DNA of 60,876 nucleotides, filler included, from Dirinaria sp. TL-2023a (Eukaryota): NCBI GenBank assembly GCA_051941275.1. It is 12 parts of 12 records of this genome, joined end to end, with 100 filler letters (N's around TTAATTAATTAA, not from the genome) between each part and the next. Parts side by side here need not be neighbours in the genome. Positions count along the whole stretch, not along the records: positions 20,416 to 25,398 come from JAVEBF010001741.1; positions 25,499 to 30,478 come from JAVEBF010001742.1; positions 30,579 to 35,555 come from JAVEBF010001743.1; positions 35,656 to 40,629 come from JAVEBF010001744.1; 8 more parts are not named here. One strand, 5' to 3'. Shown piece by piece: positions 23,737 to 37,484 of this stretch (position 1 is its first letter; each line of letters starts with the position of its first letter). The notes under the pieces were generated by a model. It saw only the letters and a program-made list of their open reading frames with translations, ran no database searches and was not told where the DNA came from. The position numbers and the translations under genes were made by a program.

Positions 23737-24669
23737 GTAGTGAAAGGAGTTGTTGGTGCATCCTCTTATATCCGATATGTGATTCAATTATTCTTCTTCA
23801 GCGCGGGCGGCGGACAACCCAACGTAGTCTGGGAGTTGCAGCCAGTCGTAGTAGGACTTTATTGGACATTGTGTAGGAGAAGGTTTGAGAACCGGGATAG
23901 CGCCCCTCGTACTCGGCATACTCGGAGGTCGCCTTGTGGCGATGATGGGAGCCTTGTCCAGCAGCCTTGTCCATGATTGTGAGCTACGGGTACCTTAGCT
24001 TTGATTGGAGTAGCGTTGCAGCGGGCAGAATGCAAAATGCAATTGGGATTGGTGGAGATTGAGGGCTGAGGCTGAGCAGTGCTTGTAAGATATTTCCTGA
24101 AATTGACGAATCTTTTAAGGGTTAGGGTAGGGCTCGCCTGCGGACTGTTACCTTAAGGTACGGGTATCTTCCTACAAGTTCCGAAGGTACACGTACTCCC
24201 TCAACCTTAGCTAAGGTACATATCTCTGATTAGGAAACACTGAAATAGGTAAGTGCTTGATGAATTGGAGCGCGAGCTCTGGGTTGTATGGCTGGAGCAA
24301 CGACTGGGATGGTGATGCATGCTTAAGAATCGACAGAACTCAGAAGATGTAACTTGCAGCCAGACGCATTATTTGAGCACATAAAATGCACTGATTCGAA
24401 TTGATAGACGCTGGAGGAGTTGGAACATGATATCTATGCTTATTATGCTACAGCCGTCCCGATCCACGTGCCACCTATGTGCGACCCGGAATTGTTTTTT
24501 TCTATAGACTTATTTCTTCTCTTTTCTCTTGTTTTTTTCGTTTCTCTTTTGCGCGTCAAGAAACACAGATTCAATGTCGCAAATTGCGAACTGATGAAAC
24601 TGCTTCGGGCTTCCTTGACGTGAAGTAAAGATGAAACCAATGCAAGAATGGGGCAAAATCTAAGCATTG

Positions 24670-25260
24670 ATCAAGACTCGTCGAATCGATGACTCTGGCA
24701 TCAAGAAAGTAAAGATGAAACGATACATTCATTGATGCGTCAAATCTATGAAGTTCGTTAAATGTCGTATAGTGACATGTGAGAAGATTTCAAATTCAAA
24801 GCAAGATTGAGAAGAACCAACTTATAGAAAGATCGAGCGCTCGAACGCTGCCGCGCTACGACGAATCTTTAAGAAACTCGTCATAAAAAATTTGAATCGA
24901 GAACGAGGCGAAGCGTTCGCTCAATATCGAGTCGAAATAAGTCCATCAGATAGTCCCTTGTATTCAATAGAAAACATGGGTTCTCACGAACGCGCTGATA
25001 AATCAAAAAGTTGCACATTGAATCGCTTGCTTTTCTTCTCGATATCACGAATGACAGAGATTCATGAGTCTGCTGACGAGCATGTGAGAGATGAAAACGA
25101 ACCACTCACTACAGGCAGTGCAAACCAAGATACGAAGAAGATGCAAAGATATGAGCTGATCTTGAACGAGAAACGGAAATAGGGATACGAGCTCGAAGAA
25201 CGGAGAACAGAGAAGAGATCGAGAACAGAATGAAAAAATTAGAGGAGAAAGGGAACGGGA
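24670..25260 (+). pseudogene. Decayed reading frame with hypermutation-like composition (repeat or gene relic)
   Basis: One frame reads IKTRRIDDSG...RRIFKKLVIKNLNRERGEAFAQYRVE...QRYELILNEKRK with in-frame TGA at 24733 and 24808. CC/GG dinucleotides are visibly scarce and TCG/CGA abundant. Confidence 0.4.
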
Positions 25261-26331
25261 CACGAAATTGAATGATGGGCCAAAAAATCAGAATAGACAA
25301 TGCCAAATTCCCATCCCCCCCTCTCTTACACGATGCAAATACAATCGAAGCGAGAAACAAACCCCTCAATTCTCGCCCGTAAACACAAGGACCCCATGNN
25401 NNNNNNNNNNNNNNNNNNNNNNNNNNNNNNNNNNNNNNNNNNTTAATTAATTAANNNNNNNNNNNNNNNNNNNNNNNNNNNNNNNNNNNNNNNNNNNNAG
25501 TTTACACGAACGATGAAGATGGTCAGGGTTTCTCTTGGGTTTGTCCAGGGTTGTGGGCGCGGAGTTTACGGTACCTTAAGGTAGGTAAGGTAGGATCGGG
25601 GTTTAGAGCCCCCCTGGGGCATGGGTGCGCGTAAGGTAAGGTAAGGTAAGGGTTACGAGGGGATTGAGGTAGGTAGGTTTGTTTTGGAACTTTGGAACTG
25701 CCGTGGGTGCATTTGCGGGATCGCGTTAGAACGTAAGATAGGTAGGTAACTGCTGGGTGAGATTTTACTAAGAGTACCTAGGGTAGGATACCTTAAGGTA
25801 AGGTAGTTGCGGATTTAGGTTTCCATCACTAGACCAAAGGGGAGTGGTTAAATAGGGAGAGTAAAGTAGACAGAGCACCATCAGCGGTTGACGCTGGATT
25901 TTTGATATTGGTTCTCTGACTACCTACGTAGTACTATTGGCAAAAAACAAGCAAACACTGGGAACAATTCGCTCTCTCTCTCAATATTGCTTCCTCCTTC
26001 CTAGGTCGAAACACAGAGTGAGAAGAGCAAATATTTCCCCTTCTTCCCAGGAACCTTTTTTTTCTTTTTCAGTTCCTTGCCCCTAATAATAATCTATCGA
26101 ACCTAAAGCCTCTTTTTGTTGAACACCAGGTCTAACAATGCCGTCAAGGAACCCCCCTGTTGATGTGGGGGGCCTTTTTGCTTGGGTAAGCTACATAAGC
26201 ATGCGGAATGTACAGGCCCCGTTGAAAGAACCGGAAATTTGTGGATTGCGGATATCATGCTCGTATTTTCGTAACTCCGTTGTTGAAAAATGGTACGCTA
26301 TGCATTTGGGAATGGATGGGATTCGCGATAT

Positions 26332-27980
<1,649 letters not shown>

Positions 27981-28129
27981 GATGACGTCGAAGAGGACCT
28001 TGTATTATGTGTGGTTGTGTACGTCCTTGATAAGCTTGTTTGCTGAGCTTGCGTATTGAGACTTTGAAGATAGTGATAGTATGATGAATTGGAGTGTGAA
28101 GGTGGAAATAATGTACAGGTTGGATGGAT

Positions 28130-28157
28130 AGATGGAAGATGGAAGATGGAAGATGGA
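28130..28157 (+). repeat. (GATGGAA)n heptamer repeat upstream of SAH1
   Basis: agatggaagatggaagatggaagatgga read directly. Confidence 0.7.
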
Positions 28158-28679
28158 TTGTGAAGAGTTGGTTGAAAGGTGGGAATGTAAGGTTAAGGTC
28201 GGGTCCGTAGTCTGTGTGGAGAGTTAAGAGTGATTCCCCGAGCCCCGAACCAGGATGAGCTGAAATCTCTACTGTACTTACTTAGTTACTTACTGGTCGA
28301 GCAGCCTTGGCAAATTTGCCCAGTTTGACTCCACAACCCGCATCGGGACTTCGATGACTTTTACAAATCGAATCAGGAGAGGCTCGATGGAACGTGTGCT
28401 TGGACGGTGCCCTACAGTCTGGGAGAGCTGTGTAAAATCATGCAATTTTCTTCTTCGTAACATGACTAGCTATTGTGCATTGATCGCTCGCTAAGTCTTG
28501 CTAGAGTAATGCAGCAATGCAGCTATGCAGCTATGCCCCAGCCTCTGTCTATGTCTATGTCTATCCGCCGTCATCGAAGGACTTTTGCAAGGTCTAGATA
28601 AGAAATGGCCACCAAGTCTCACGCCCTCTCTGTTCCCATCAAGGGCTCATTCCGTCGCCACCTGCAGCACTCGCCGCCC

Positions 28680-29340
28680 CTACTCCCACGCTTGAATACT
28701 CCACTGGTCCGCGTCATCGCCGATGTCGAGCCTCAGCCGCTCCATGCGCCATTCAGAGTATAGTTTCTCGGTCTTCTTTGCGGCTTCCCGGTGTGCTTGG
28801 CCTCCGCCGGCTCTTGCAGCATCTTCACGCGTGTCCCAGACGCCTGTGCAGTCAGCCAGTGACACCAAATTCTGCCAAGGGAATTCACTTACAAGTAGCT
28901 AGATTCCTGCGATCATTGTCAGGCGTACCAAACCAGTACTTGAGAAGGCCTCCGCTTTTCATCGCTTCCGCATGGGCGCTACTGTCCAAAGCGCCTAGGT
29001 AGGATCGATCAGTCTCGGCCTTCACTTGAGACCGGAAAGCCACAAGGTAGAAACTCCGCTTGTTCCAGACATGGCCGTCCACGCTCAGTAGGTCTTTGAG
29101 GTTTTGAACGACTTCGCCCCAGTTGAAGCAGTCTCGGTAGCTTGCAGTAGCATAATTCTCACACGTTGGGCGTAAGACCTGCAACGCTCTCGCCAAGAGC
29201 TGCTGGGGAACCGCAATGGACTGTAAATTTAACAGGTGAGGTCGTTCGACGTACGGGGAGACCGTCAGCCATTCGCTTGATATCCCGTTTGGACTCTCCA
29301 CTGAATCGTCTCCTACCAGGAAGGCATCCATGAATGGCAT
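28680..29340 (-). CDS. Conserved fungal hypothetical protein (UPF0643-like), 2 exons
   Basis: SPY...HLLNL, YATASY..FNW, FYLVAFRS, AHAEA..SGGLLKYWFG..RNLATC, spliced (gtaagt..cag) to VWDTREDAARAGGG.AH..A. Family name is from recall; the start codon is uncertain. Confidence 0.7.
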
Positions 29341-31503
29341 TTTGAACGTCGTCCAGGTCAGAGGACGAGACAGCAGAAATAATGCCTTTGGATTTTAATG
29401 GTCCAAGCTGGGTCGACTGAACGAGAAAGGTATTAGGCTTGACCACAAAGCCACATCGCGAAGCACCGAGACGTACCTGTGCAGAAGACAACGCCAAGTG
29501 ACAACGAAGTGCAAGGAGTGGTCAATTGCTTCGCTGACGAGCTGGTTGGATCAGGGGAGAGTGAGGGATCCCATCTTACTGTTGGTCGGGAAATGATGGC
29601 AATTTCAGGCGAAGAACAAGACCTCTGGAAAGGGAAACTTTGACTCGATTCGGTGACGAGTGGCACCTGCAAAAAGGGATTTTGGCTGCGTTCTGAGTGG
29701 CTGAAATAGTACTGTACCTGAAGCAATTTTGATGGACATAAAAAGGGGACAAACGGCGAATGGAATGGGAATGAAATCATGTTGATCACGCCATTAATGG
29801 GGTATCCTTACGCCACTCGCACGGCCCACGGTACAATACTCGTTTTCGTTATTGCTGCGCGCTGGGAAAGCTGACTGCTGAGTCAGGGGGTGGAAGATTC
29901 AGGTATCTATAGAGGATACACGTTGCACAGGATGCATTGCAGCCTATCAATGAATGGCGACCTCTCATGGTGGAGCAGGCGGCTCTGGCAGCAGATAAGT
30001 GAATGATGGGTTGGAGGTTGCAGCTGTGCATCGTCGCAGTGGATGGATTACAAACAACATTTAATTAATACTTTATGATATGAAGATGGATAGAGTGTCA
30101 CAAGCCATCTTCAGTCATTTATTAGGTAATAACGTCTTAAGGTGGTACAGTAATGTATGTACAGTGCCTTACCTTAGGGAGCCGCCCTCAGTATGTTCCC
30201 ATCACTCATTGGCTTTCGGAGAGGCCGGAGAGACTCGAGGGATCCTTATGGGAAGGACCGCTAGGTAATTCCGCTACCTTATTGATCCCACAGTCTAGAC
30301 CGTTTTCAACCTCACCTCTTGCCGCTTCAACGTTCTTGCTCTGAAAAGCGGCGTCAAGTTCGAGTGATCCCACCTCGCATAAGGTAGCAGAGGGATCTCG
30401 TCGCCATGGAAGGGCCACTTCCTCACCATTTCCACTCTCAGCTGCACGAGAATCCCCTCTTTCCCCCACCCCCACAGCNNNNNNNNNNNNNNNNNNNNNN
30501 NNNNNNNNNNNNNNNNNNNNNNTTAATTAATTAANNNNNNNNNNNNNNNNNNNNNNNNNNNNNNNNNNNNNNNNNNNNACTCGGAAAAAAAAAAAAAAAA
30601 AAAATAGAAAAAAGAAGGAAAAAACGGAGGAGTGAATAGTGAATTGATACTAACATATACGCGCTGTTTTTTTTTTTTTTAGAAAAAAAAAGCATGCATC
30701 GGAGTAAGATTACCCTTAAGACAAGTCTTATTTTCGAAGCACTCTCATCAACTGCAAGAATTCTGATGCATACGATAGAAAAGTTTCCTCTTTCTCTTTC
30801 TCTTTCTACTACTACTACTACACTACCTACTACTCTCTCTCTCTCTCTCACTTTGCAGCTAGTCTAGCTTTGCCCCTCCTCATTCTCTACCTTAGGTACT
30901 TTCCGATCCTTCTTTGAATCTAAGTAATTTATGAAAGTAAGCTATCTAGCTAGCTAGTTCCAGCCAGATAAGAATTGAGATCTGTAAGATTTGTAAGATG
31001 ATGCCCCATGCCACCATGTCATGCCATGCCCCCGCCACCACCGTTGTTCTGCTGCTGCTGCTTGCTGCTTGCTGCTGCTGGGCAGCGAAAACAAAGAGTT
31101 AAAAAAAGAAAAGAGAAGAAAAAAAAAAAAAGTAAGTGGGAAAATGCAACACTCAATACGCTTATTCCCCCCCATCACCGCTCCGCTGATAAGAAGGCTT
31201 CTTTTTCTACCTGCCAGCCAGCCATTCCCAGCGCAAGAAGCGGCGCCCCGTTTCTAACATTTAATCCCACAAGCCCTCCATGCATGCAACCCTTTTTTCC
31301 CCCTTCTTTTTTCTTCCCCCATCCCCCTTGTTATGCAAGCATTGTAACATTGTGGAGTTTTTTTTAAAAAGCAAGTATCGTGTGATAATTCCGCCTCGAC
31401 ATTAAAAGAGAGAATCGTGTTAGTAAGTCTATTGCCGGCCCTACCAATGCATTCCGTCGTCGATGCAGGCCTCTAATTCATCATGCCATGGTCCTTCCTC
31501 ACT

Positions 31504-33051
31504 TTACGTCTTGAAGACGCGATCCAACACCCTCAATGCTCTTGCATCTTCATTAAACGCTACTTTCTCGCCTGCAGGCTGATCGTTACCCTTGGCGCGC
31601 TTGCTGCCTCCAGGACTCCGGCTCCCACTCCGATCGCTCCGGGCATCCGTGTTATCCGTAGACGACCCATTCATGATAGACCCGATGCTCGGGATCTGGC
31701 TGGCTTGCGAAGGCTGCGGAGGCTGCTGCGCTGTGCCGTTGCTTTGGACGGCTGCCTGATTGGATTGGAGGGCTGCTTCTTGCGGCTTTTGCGGAGGATG
31801 CAGGGGCGACGGTGAGCGTGAGTGGTTCGACGCGGATGGTTGGTTCTGAGTCAACGGTGAAGGAGCCATGAGGCGAGGGTCGATCTTCGATAATGGTGGT
31901 GTGGTGGAGGGATTCGAGGAGATTGGACGTGACTGTGAATGTGGCGGAGCTTGCTCGATCGGCTGCTTCATCTGCTGATATAGCAGTGGCGGTTGGCCCG
32001 GAGCCCCCGGCGAGGGCGTCCATTGCTGTTGAGAATGTCCGTTCCCGGAGCTGGGAGCTCGATGATGCGGTGGGGGTTGGGGATGTCTGAGGTTGTCATT
32101 CGGGATTGGCGAGTGATCGTAAGGTGACGAGCGGGGACTTTGGTGCTGTGATGGTTGAGACGTCGGATATGGAGATGGATGTGGGCTCTGATGTTGCGGA
32201 GGTTGTGTTTGAGGGCTTTGGTACTGCTGCGGCTGCGATGTAGGGACTGCGGATTGCGAGTACGAGAGCGGTGAATGCCCGTTCGGAGGAGGTGGCCCGT
32301 GCGGACCGTATTGCCAGCCATACGGTTGAGCGTTGTACATGGGTGGCTGAGGAGCCCATCCGTAGCCCGGTGGCATATACTGCATCGGCTGTTGGGGTGG
32401 TGCTGTCCGAGCATAGCCCGCCATGTGGGGGACTGTGGAATACGGCGCGCTGACCATTGGCGACCTTGTGACTGCGGGTATGCTCTGCTGTTCATGGACT
32501 GTGGACTCCGGGTACATGCCTTTCTGTGGACGGATGTGTCGCAATTGTGGATCGTGTGTTGGGTTGGTGAGACCTCCAGCATTGGGATGCGACCGCGCGT
32601 AGTAGCTGATCAGGTGTAGATGGTTTCCAGAAGATGTCGTGATACTGAAGGATTGCTTCATCAGGCCATCTGGCTTATAGCGATATCCATCATGGCCATC
32701 ATCGCCCGGAGGCATTTCCAGGTCGGAATCACTTCCACGTGTACTATCTGGCGTCTTTCCAGCTCTTGTTGCGGCGAGCGGTGCGAACGTATTTCCTCCT
32801 CGCTTCCCTTCCATTTCTCTGTAGGTCAAGAAGCTGCCAGATACTCGGCTCGCACTCCAGGATTTTCCATCCGTCCACCTCCTCATGCCTGCTTCTCGCT
32901 CATCCCAGACAAATACAGAGCCTGATTTGATTGACTGTCGTTCTTTTTCCGACAGTCTCCGCTGGACTCGAGGTAATAGACCGAGGCGGCAAGCTTCGAA
33001 GAGAATAATAGCATCTGCTGGAGTGCGGACATGGCCATTGTAGGTTTCCAT
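31504..33051 (-). CDS. pac2: Gti1/Pac2 (WOPR) family regulator, Pac2 type, 515 aa
   Basis: METYNGHVRTPADAIILFEACRLG..RRLSEKER..SGSVFVWDEREAGMRRWTDGKSWSASRVSGSFLTYRE, then GLMKQSFS..HLISYY, then a Pro/Gln-rich tail. Confidence 0.93.
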   Translation of the reverse strand: METYNGHVRTPADAIILFEACRLGLLPRVQRRLSEKERQSIKSGSVFVWDEREAGMRRWTDGKSWSASRVSGSFLTYREMEGKRGGNTFAPLAATRAGKTPDSTRGSDSDLEMPPGDDGHDGYRYKPDGLMKQSFSITTSSGNHLHLISYYARSHPNAGGLTNPTHDPQLRHIRPQKGMYPESTVHEQQSIPAVTRSPMVSAPYSTVPHMAGYARTAPPQQPMQYMPPGYGWAPQPPMYNAQPYGWQYGPHGPPPPNGHSPLSYSQSAVPTSQPQQYQSPQTQPPQHQSPHPSPYPTSQPSQHQSPRSSPYDHSPIPNDNLRHPQPPPHHRAPSSGNGHSQQQWTPSPGAPGQPPLLYQQMKQPIEQAPPHSQSRPISSNPSTTPPLSKIDPRLMAPSPLTQNQPSASNHSRSPSPLHPPQKPQEAALQSNQAAVQSNGTAQQPPQPSQASQIPSIGSIMNGSSTDNTDARSDRSGSRSPGGSKRAKGNDQPAGEKVAFNEDARALRVLDRVFKT

Positions 33052-33752
33052 TCTGTAAGGCTACTGGGTGAAGGCCGACAAGTACTCGGCGATCAAGAAT
33101 AAATCGGAGCACAGGCTAATCGTACGTAGATGGTGCCCCAGGATAAATCAAAGGTCGTCAACACTCTTGCAAGAAGAGATCGATATAGTGCTGGATATAT
33201 CGTTAACGGTTAACGTTCCTGCGGGTGGAGCGTAAGCTTAACTCTAATCCCACGATCTCTCACCGACTACTCCGTATAAATCTTCGATATGCGAATTGGT
33301 CATTGCAAGGGAAAAGGAATCTATCTACGCACCTTGGGTAATAAGCTTGGTGGTGGGCAGGTCCTCGGGCTCCGGGCCATGCAGTAAGAGAAGGGTGGAT
33401 CTTATGCACGGTACATGAGGTACTTTCAGCAAATCGCAGCTTGATGACAAGGCAACTGCCGGGGAACAAGGGTCAGTCTCGGCGAAACAAAACGTGCCGC
33501 AACTAACCTTTGACGGGTGGAGTGAAAACGAGCTTCACTCTGCTGGTTGGGAGCTGCTTTACGAGGCAGGATTGCGGCAGAGTGAACAGGGAGGGAGGTA
33601 CCAAACAAAGTGCGCTTTGTAAGAGCAGCGCGCAGGCGCTGTTGTTGTTGCCGCCTTTGTGTGATGGTAGCACTGACTAGATGTGGTTTGATGCAAGAGT
33701 CATACGACGGGCAGATTATTCATGCGAACGAGGTCAGTTGTCGTTCTCGGGG

Positions 33753-33753
33753 G

Positions 33754-33785
<32 letters not shown>

Positions 33786-33790
33786 GCTGT
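33753..33790 (+). repeat. (GTT)n/(AAC)n microsatellite upstream of pac2
   Basis: About 11-12 GTT units read directly. Confidence 0.9.
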
Positions 33791-35674
33791 TGTAGTTGTG
33801 ATGACGGAGGCTTATAGGTCGGGGAGGTGTTGGAGAATGGTAATCAGCCCTAAGGCAGGATTGCGGACGAGTAATAAAAAAGGTCAAGTAATGTCGTGTA
33901 GGAAGTATATGATGGGGACTGATGATGAATGAATGCAAGGCCGCCTGAGCTGAAATGCCTGCTTACCCGACACACATCTCAGCCCTGCAGGTTGAAGGAA
34001 GAAAGTGGAGCGTGAAGGATTTCAATGCATTCACCCCAGATCCCTGGCCGATGGTGGTTCAGGGCTAAGGACGAAGTAATCTGTACTGTATGTACTTTGC
34101 AAGCTTCGAACTCTGTCGGGTACAGGATGATTGATATGATTAAAGTATTATTATTTGGAAGAATTTAGAATTGACCAGGACCGGGAGCGGAGAGCGAGAC
34201 CAGGACCAGGAAGTTGATGATATGAAAGGACGTGACTTTGACTCTTGCATGATCGGCCCAGCATTTTTAAGAGTGCATTTAGACTTTGGCCCGCCGCCCG
34301 TTCCACCCAGCACTTAGACAAGCCTTAACTCCGTTGCCCAGCGCCAAGTGCCAAGCGCCAAGCCTGGCCGCGACCACCCCATCACCACCCACCACCAGCT
34401 CGGTCACAGGCCATCCACCACTGACTAAAACCATCAGGTGCGTAACTCGTAAGGTAGCTCTCATCGTCCAGATATCCCATTACAAGGAGCATTATTGTCT
34501 GATTTTTTGGTATTTGCTTGGATCGCGTACACAGCGATCGGAGACTACGATGCCCAGAAACCAGATACCCGGCAGCTGCTGGCTCTTTGACCAACGGAGA
34601 ATAATTGGCAGAGTACATATCATCAAAGGTGTCATGTTGTCAACATCGAAACGAAAGTGGCTTTGGCGCGATCCCGACTTTTCCATCGATTGAATGCTTG
34701 TTTCTAAATAAGCGTAAATAGCAAGTGCGCCACCAGCTGCGTCAGACTAGCCGGAGCGAGCCAATCCCAGCCCGCCGCTCGCGAGATTTGTATAAAAATG
34801 ACCTCACGGATGCGCGTGCCGTCGGTCTTGGCTGCCTAATACTTCGCCAATCGTACATCTGGCAAGGGTCCCAAACGTACTCCCCGGACTCGGCCGTTCC
34901 AGGCATCCTGGATCGCGTGGATCACGAGAAGGAAGGAAGACCCAAAATACAAAAAAAAAGAAGGCAGACGGATCTCGTCTCGTGATTCTCGTATGTTGCT
35001 GACGATGCCCGTCCGACGCGTGATGATTGCAAGATCTGTCCCAGCGCGCTCAGGGTAGTGGAAACGTCGTGCTACCCTCGACGGGCAATATTTGCGACCG
35101 TTTGGGAATCGGCAGGCCAAAACAGCTGATCGTCGTCCCACAATAATACTGAAATAAGCAGTACACTAAAGCCGCGTCAGCACCAGGCTGATAGGGTAAT
35201 CCCGATGGAGTGATGTCGCCCCTTGGCATTATGATTACTTATTGCTGCTAGGGATTTTGTTTTGCCGTCTATCGTGGCCTCTGTTGAAAAGGGTTCAGCA
35301 GTAATGGACATCGCCAGAACCGATATTCTGCGGAAATCGAGCATAGTAGCCATATACCTGTTCGGCCCTTACAACCACCGCAAAAGAAGTTTAAGTGGAT
35401 GGGGATGCCGTACGGAGACTCCGTACCAAATACCACGAAAGGTCCCCGGTCATCTTACTAATCTCGCAGATTGACCGAGAAAGACGCCGATTCGGCTCAG
35501 GTGGGTAAGCTTCATTTTAGAGTACGTGCCAAGCTCTGACTAAAGTGATTCAACGNNNNNNNNNNNNNNNNNNNNNNNNNNNNNNNNNNNNNNNNNNNNT
35601 TAATTAATTAANNNNNNNNNNNNNNNNNNNNNNNNNNNNNNNNNNNNNNNNNNNNGGCCGGGGGTTGAGAGAGC

Positions 35675-35680
35675 TATAAA
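35675..35680 (+). promoter_or_regulatory. TATA box upstream of the small secreted peptide gene
   Basis: TATAAA about 125 bp upstream of ATG 35804. Confidence 0.5.
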
Positions 35681-35803
35681 GGTTCACAGCTACATTATTA
35701 GCAGAGCAAGGTACTTCGAGAACGCCGCTTGAATTATCCGTCATACTCCGTACAAATTTTCCAGAACTCTCAGCACAATCCGTTCCGCTGCGTAAAAACC
35801 ACG

Positions 35804-36037
35804 ATGCAGTTCTCCAACCTCATCCTGTTTCTGCTCGCCACCGCATACGTAGGACTGGCGGCTCCAGTCCCAGATTGTAAGTTTTTTAATGAGTCCCGGG
35901 GGGGGGGGTTCAAGCTCTGCGCAAGAGCCTCGTGTTCCTGCTGACTATACCCAGATTACGAGGAAGATGCTAGGTCGATTACTGAACCTCATGTGGAGAT
36001 TGCACCAGATGATTATTTGGGAGGTTTCTTCAAGTAG
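35804..36037 (+). CDS. Small secreted peptide, candidate RiPP precursor, 51 aa: MQFSNLILFLLATAYVGLAAPVPDYYEEDARSITEPHVEIAPDDYLGGFFK
   Basis: Exons 35804-35876 and 35955-36037. The intron has a GTAAGT donor, CTGAC branch point and CAG acceptor. Classic signal peptide ending LA|APVP. Adjacent to a DUF3328 gene. Confidence 0.75.
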
Positions 36038-36585
36038 GAAGAGGGTGTCGTTGAAGCTGGGAGATTGTTAGCCGTTGGCGGATAGAGTTCATCAGGATTT
36101 TGCTATATAGTATTGAGAACAAAAAATTCGACAATCGTGTCATCTATATCTTCTTCAAGAGGCCATTGTTGATCGGACAGCTCGTGCACCTAACTGTAGG
36201 TCCCCTACTAGATGAACTCGGATGCAGATGGACCGACGATTGATTTTTTATGCTATCACGCCACTTATAAGATGAGGTTATTTGCTCTGTGTGTCTGGCT
36301 TTAGGAAAATCGAGATAGAATTTCCCGGTTTCACCTTGTCACAATGTATGCGAGAAGATCGTTCCATGGAGCTAGAATCTATGCTGATTTTCGTATGTGG
36401 CGGTCCTTTACTTCTAAGATGCAATTATGCAAGAATTTGTCTTTTGCTATGGGAGAACTAAAGTCAAGGCAGTCGTGACCAAGAACGAGACTTTCTCCTA
36501 TCAAGACCTGATTACAGCATAGATGACCACGCCCTCGAGCGATTTTCCACCCGTGTTGGGTGCCTAGCTCTGTCGAATCATCTGA

Positions 36586-37484
36586 TTACTCCTCACCAGG
36601 ATGAGATATACCGGAGCCAGTAAGCCAAGGGGGAGTCGGGCTCCCCGTAGCAGAGAAAACGTAGCCATCAGGACAGAACTTGTATTTCTCAATCTGCGGG
36701 AAACCTTCAACATCTCGACCAATGTCACGATAACAGGCAGTGTGGTCCCTCGCCCATGCCTCGAGCTTGTCAAAGCTCCTGCACATTCGTGTCTGCATCA
36801 CGCCTGATACTTCTTTCTTAGAGTAGCCAGAATAACGCGGCGTGTCGTCAGCATTGCAAAGGGTGTCCTGACGCAGCGATTCAATGCAGTGGAGATTATG
36901 CTCCAGAGTCCTGTCTGCATCTGCATCCCAGGCACCAAAACTGCCTTCTACAGCTTGGAGAAGGGAGTTGCGGATCATTTGCTATTGGTGGTCAGGTTGG
37001 CGATCCCACTCGGCTGCTTTGAGCTTACCAAGCAATGCAGATTGTGGTATCCGTTGAGGAGATAGACTCCTTTGTCTCCGTCCCATGGCCACTTTTGGGC
37101 TTGTGGGAGCATCTTACCCTTCACCCAACTGTGAGGTAGAGCCACAATGCCTGGATCGACGACCCAAGAGTTCCATGCCTCATCTGCAATGGTGCGGTTG
37201 GGATGGGAGAAAATCGTGTCATCTCGGAATGGTGTTGGAACATCGCGTTCTAGGCGGGCGTAAAGAGATACGTCTTCGTGCAAAGCTTTTGGGGGCAAGC
37301 TGCGAAATGCTTGGAGAGCCCAAAGTACATTACCACACGAGGATAGTATAGCAACGAGAACCAGAACTTTCATTGCCAGTGTAATTCCAGGAGAAGATTC
37401 ACGATTGAGACTATTTGAAGAATCGATCTTTTCGCTCCATATGGGACGAGACAGGAGTCTGTATCCTTTTTGACTGGACAACAT
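36586..37484 (-). CDS. DUF3328 / UstYa-family oxidase, about 283 aa, 2 exons
   Basis: Exons 37484-37029 and 36981-36586. N-terminal TM anchor, ADEAW, twin HxxHC motifs (YLLNGYHNLHCL and HNLHCIESLRQDTLCNADDT), and RMCRSFDKLEAWA. Confidence 0.92.

Noticed and set aside
24118..24132. Telomere-like GGGTTAGGG (and CCCTAA near 7036)
   Set aside because: Only one or two units and internal to contigs. Not a telomere array.
35729..36071. ORF-track peptides of 71 aa and 60 aa at the precursor locus
   Set aside because: They read into or start inside an intron with canonical GTAAGT/CTGAC/CAG signals. The spliced 51-aa model is better supported.
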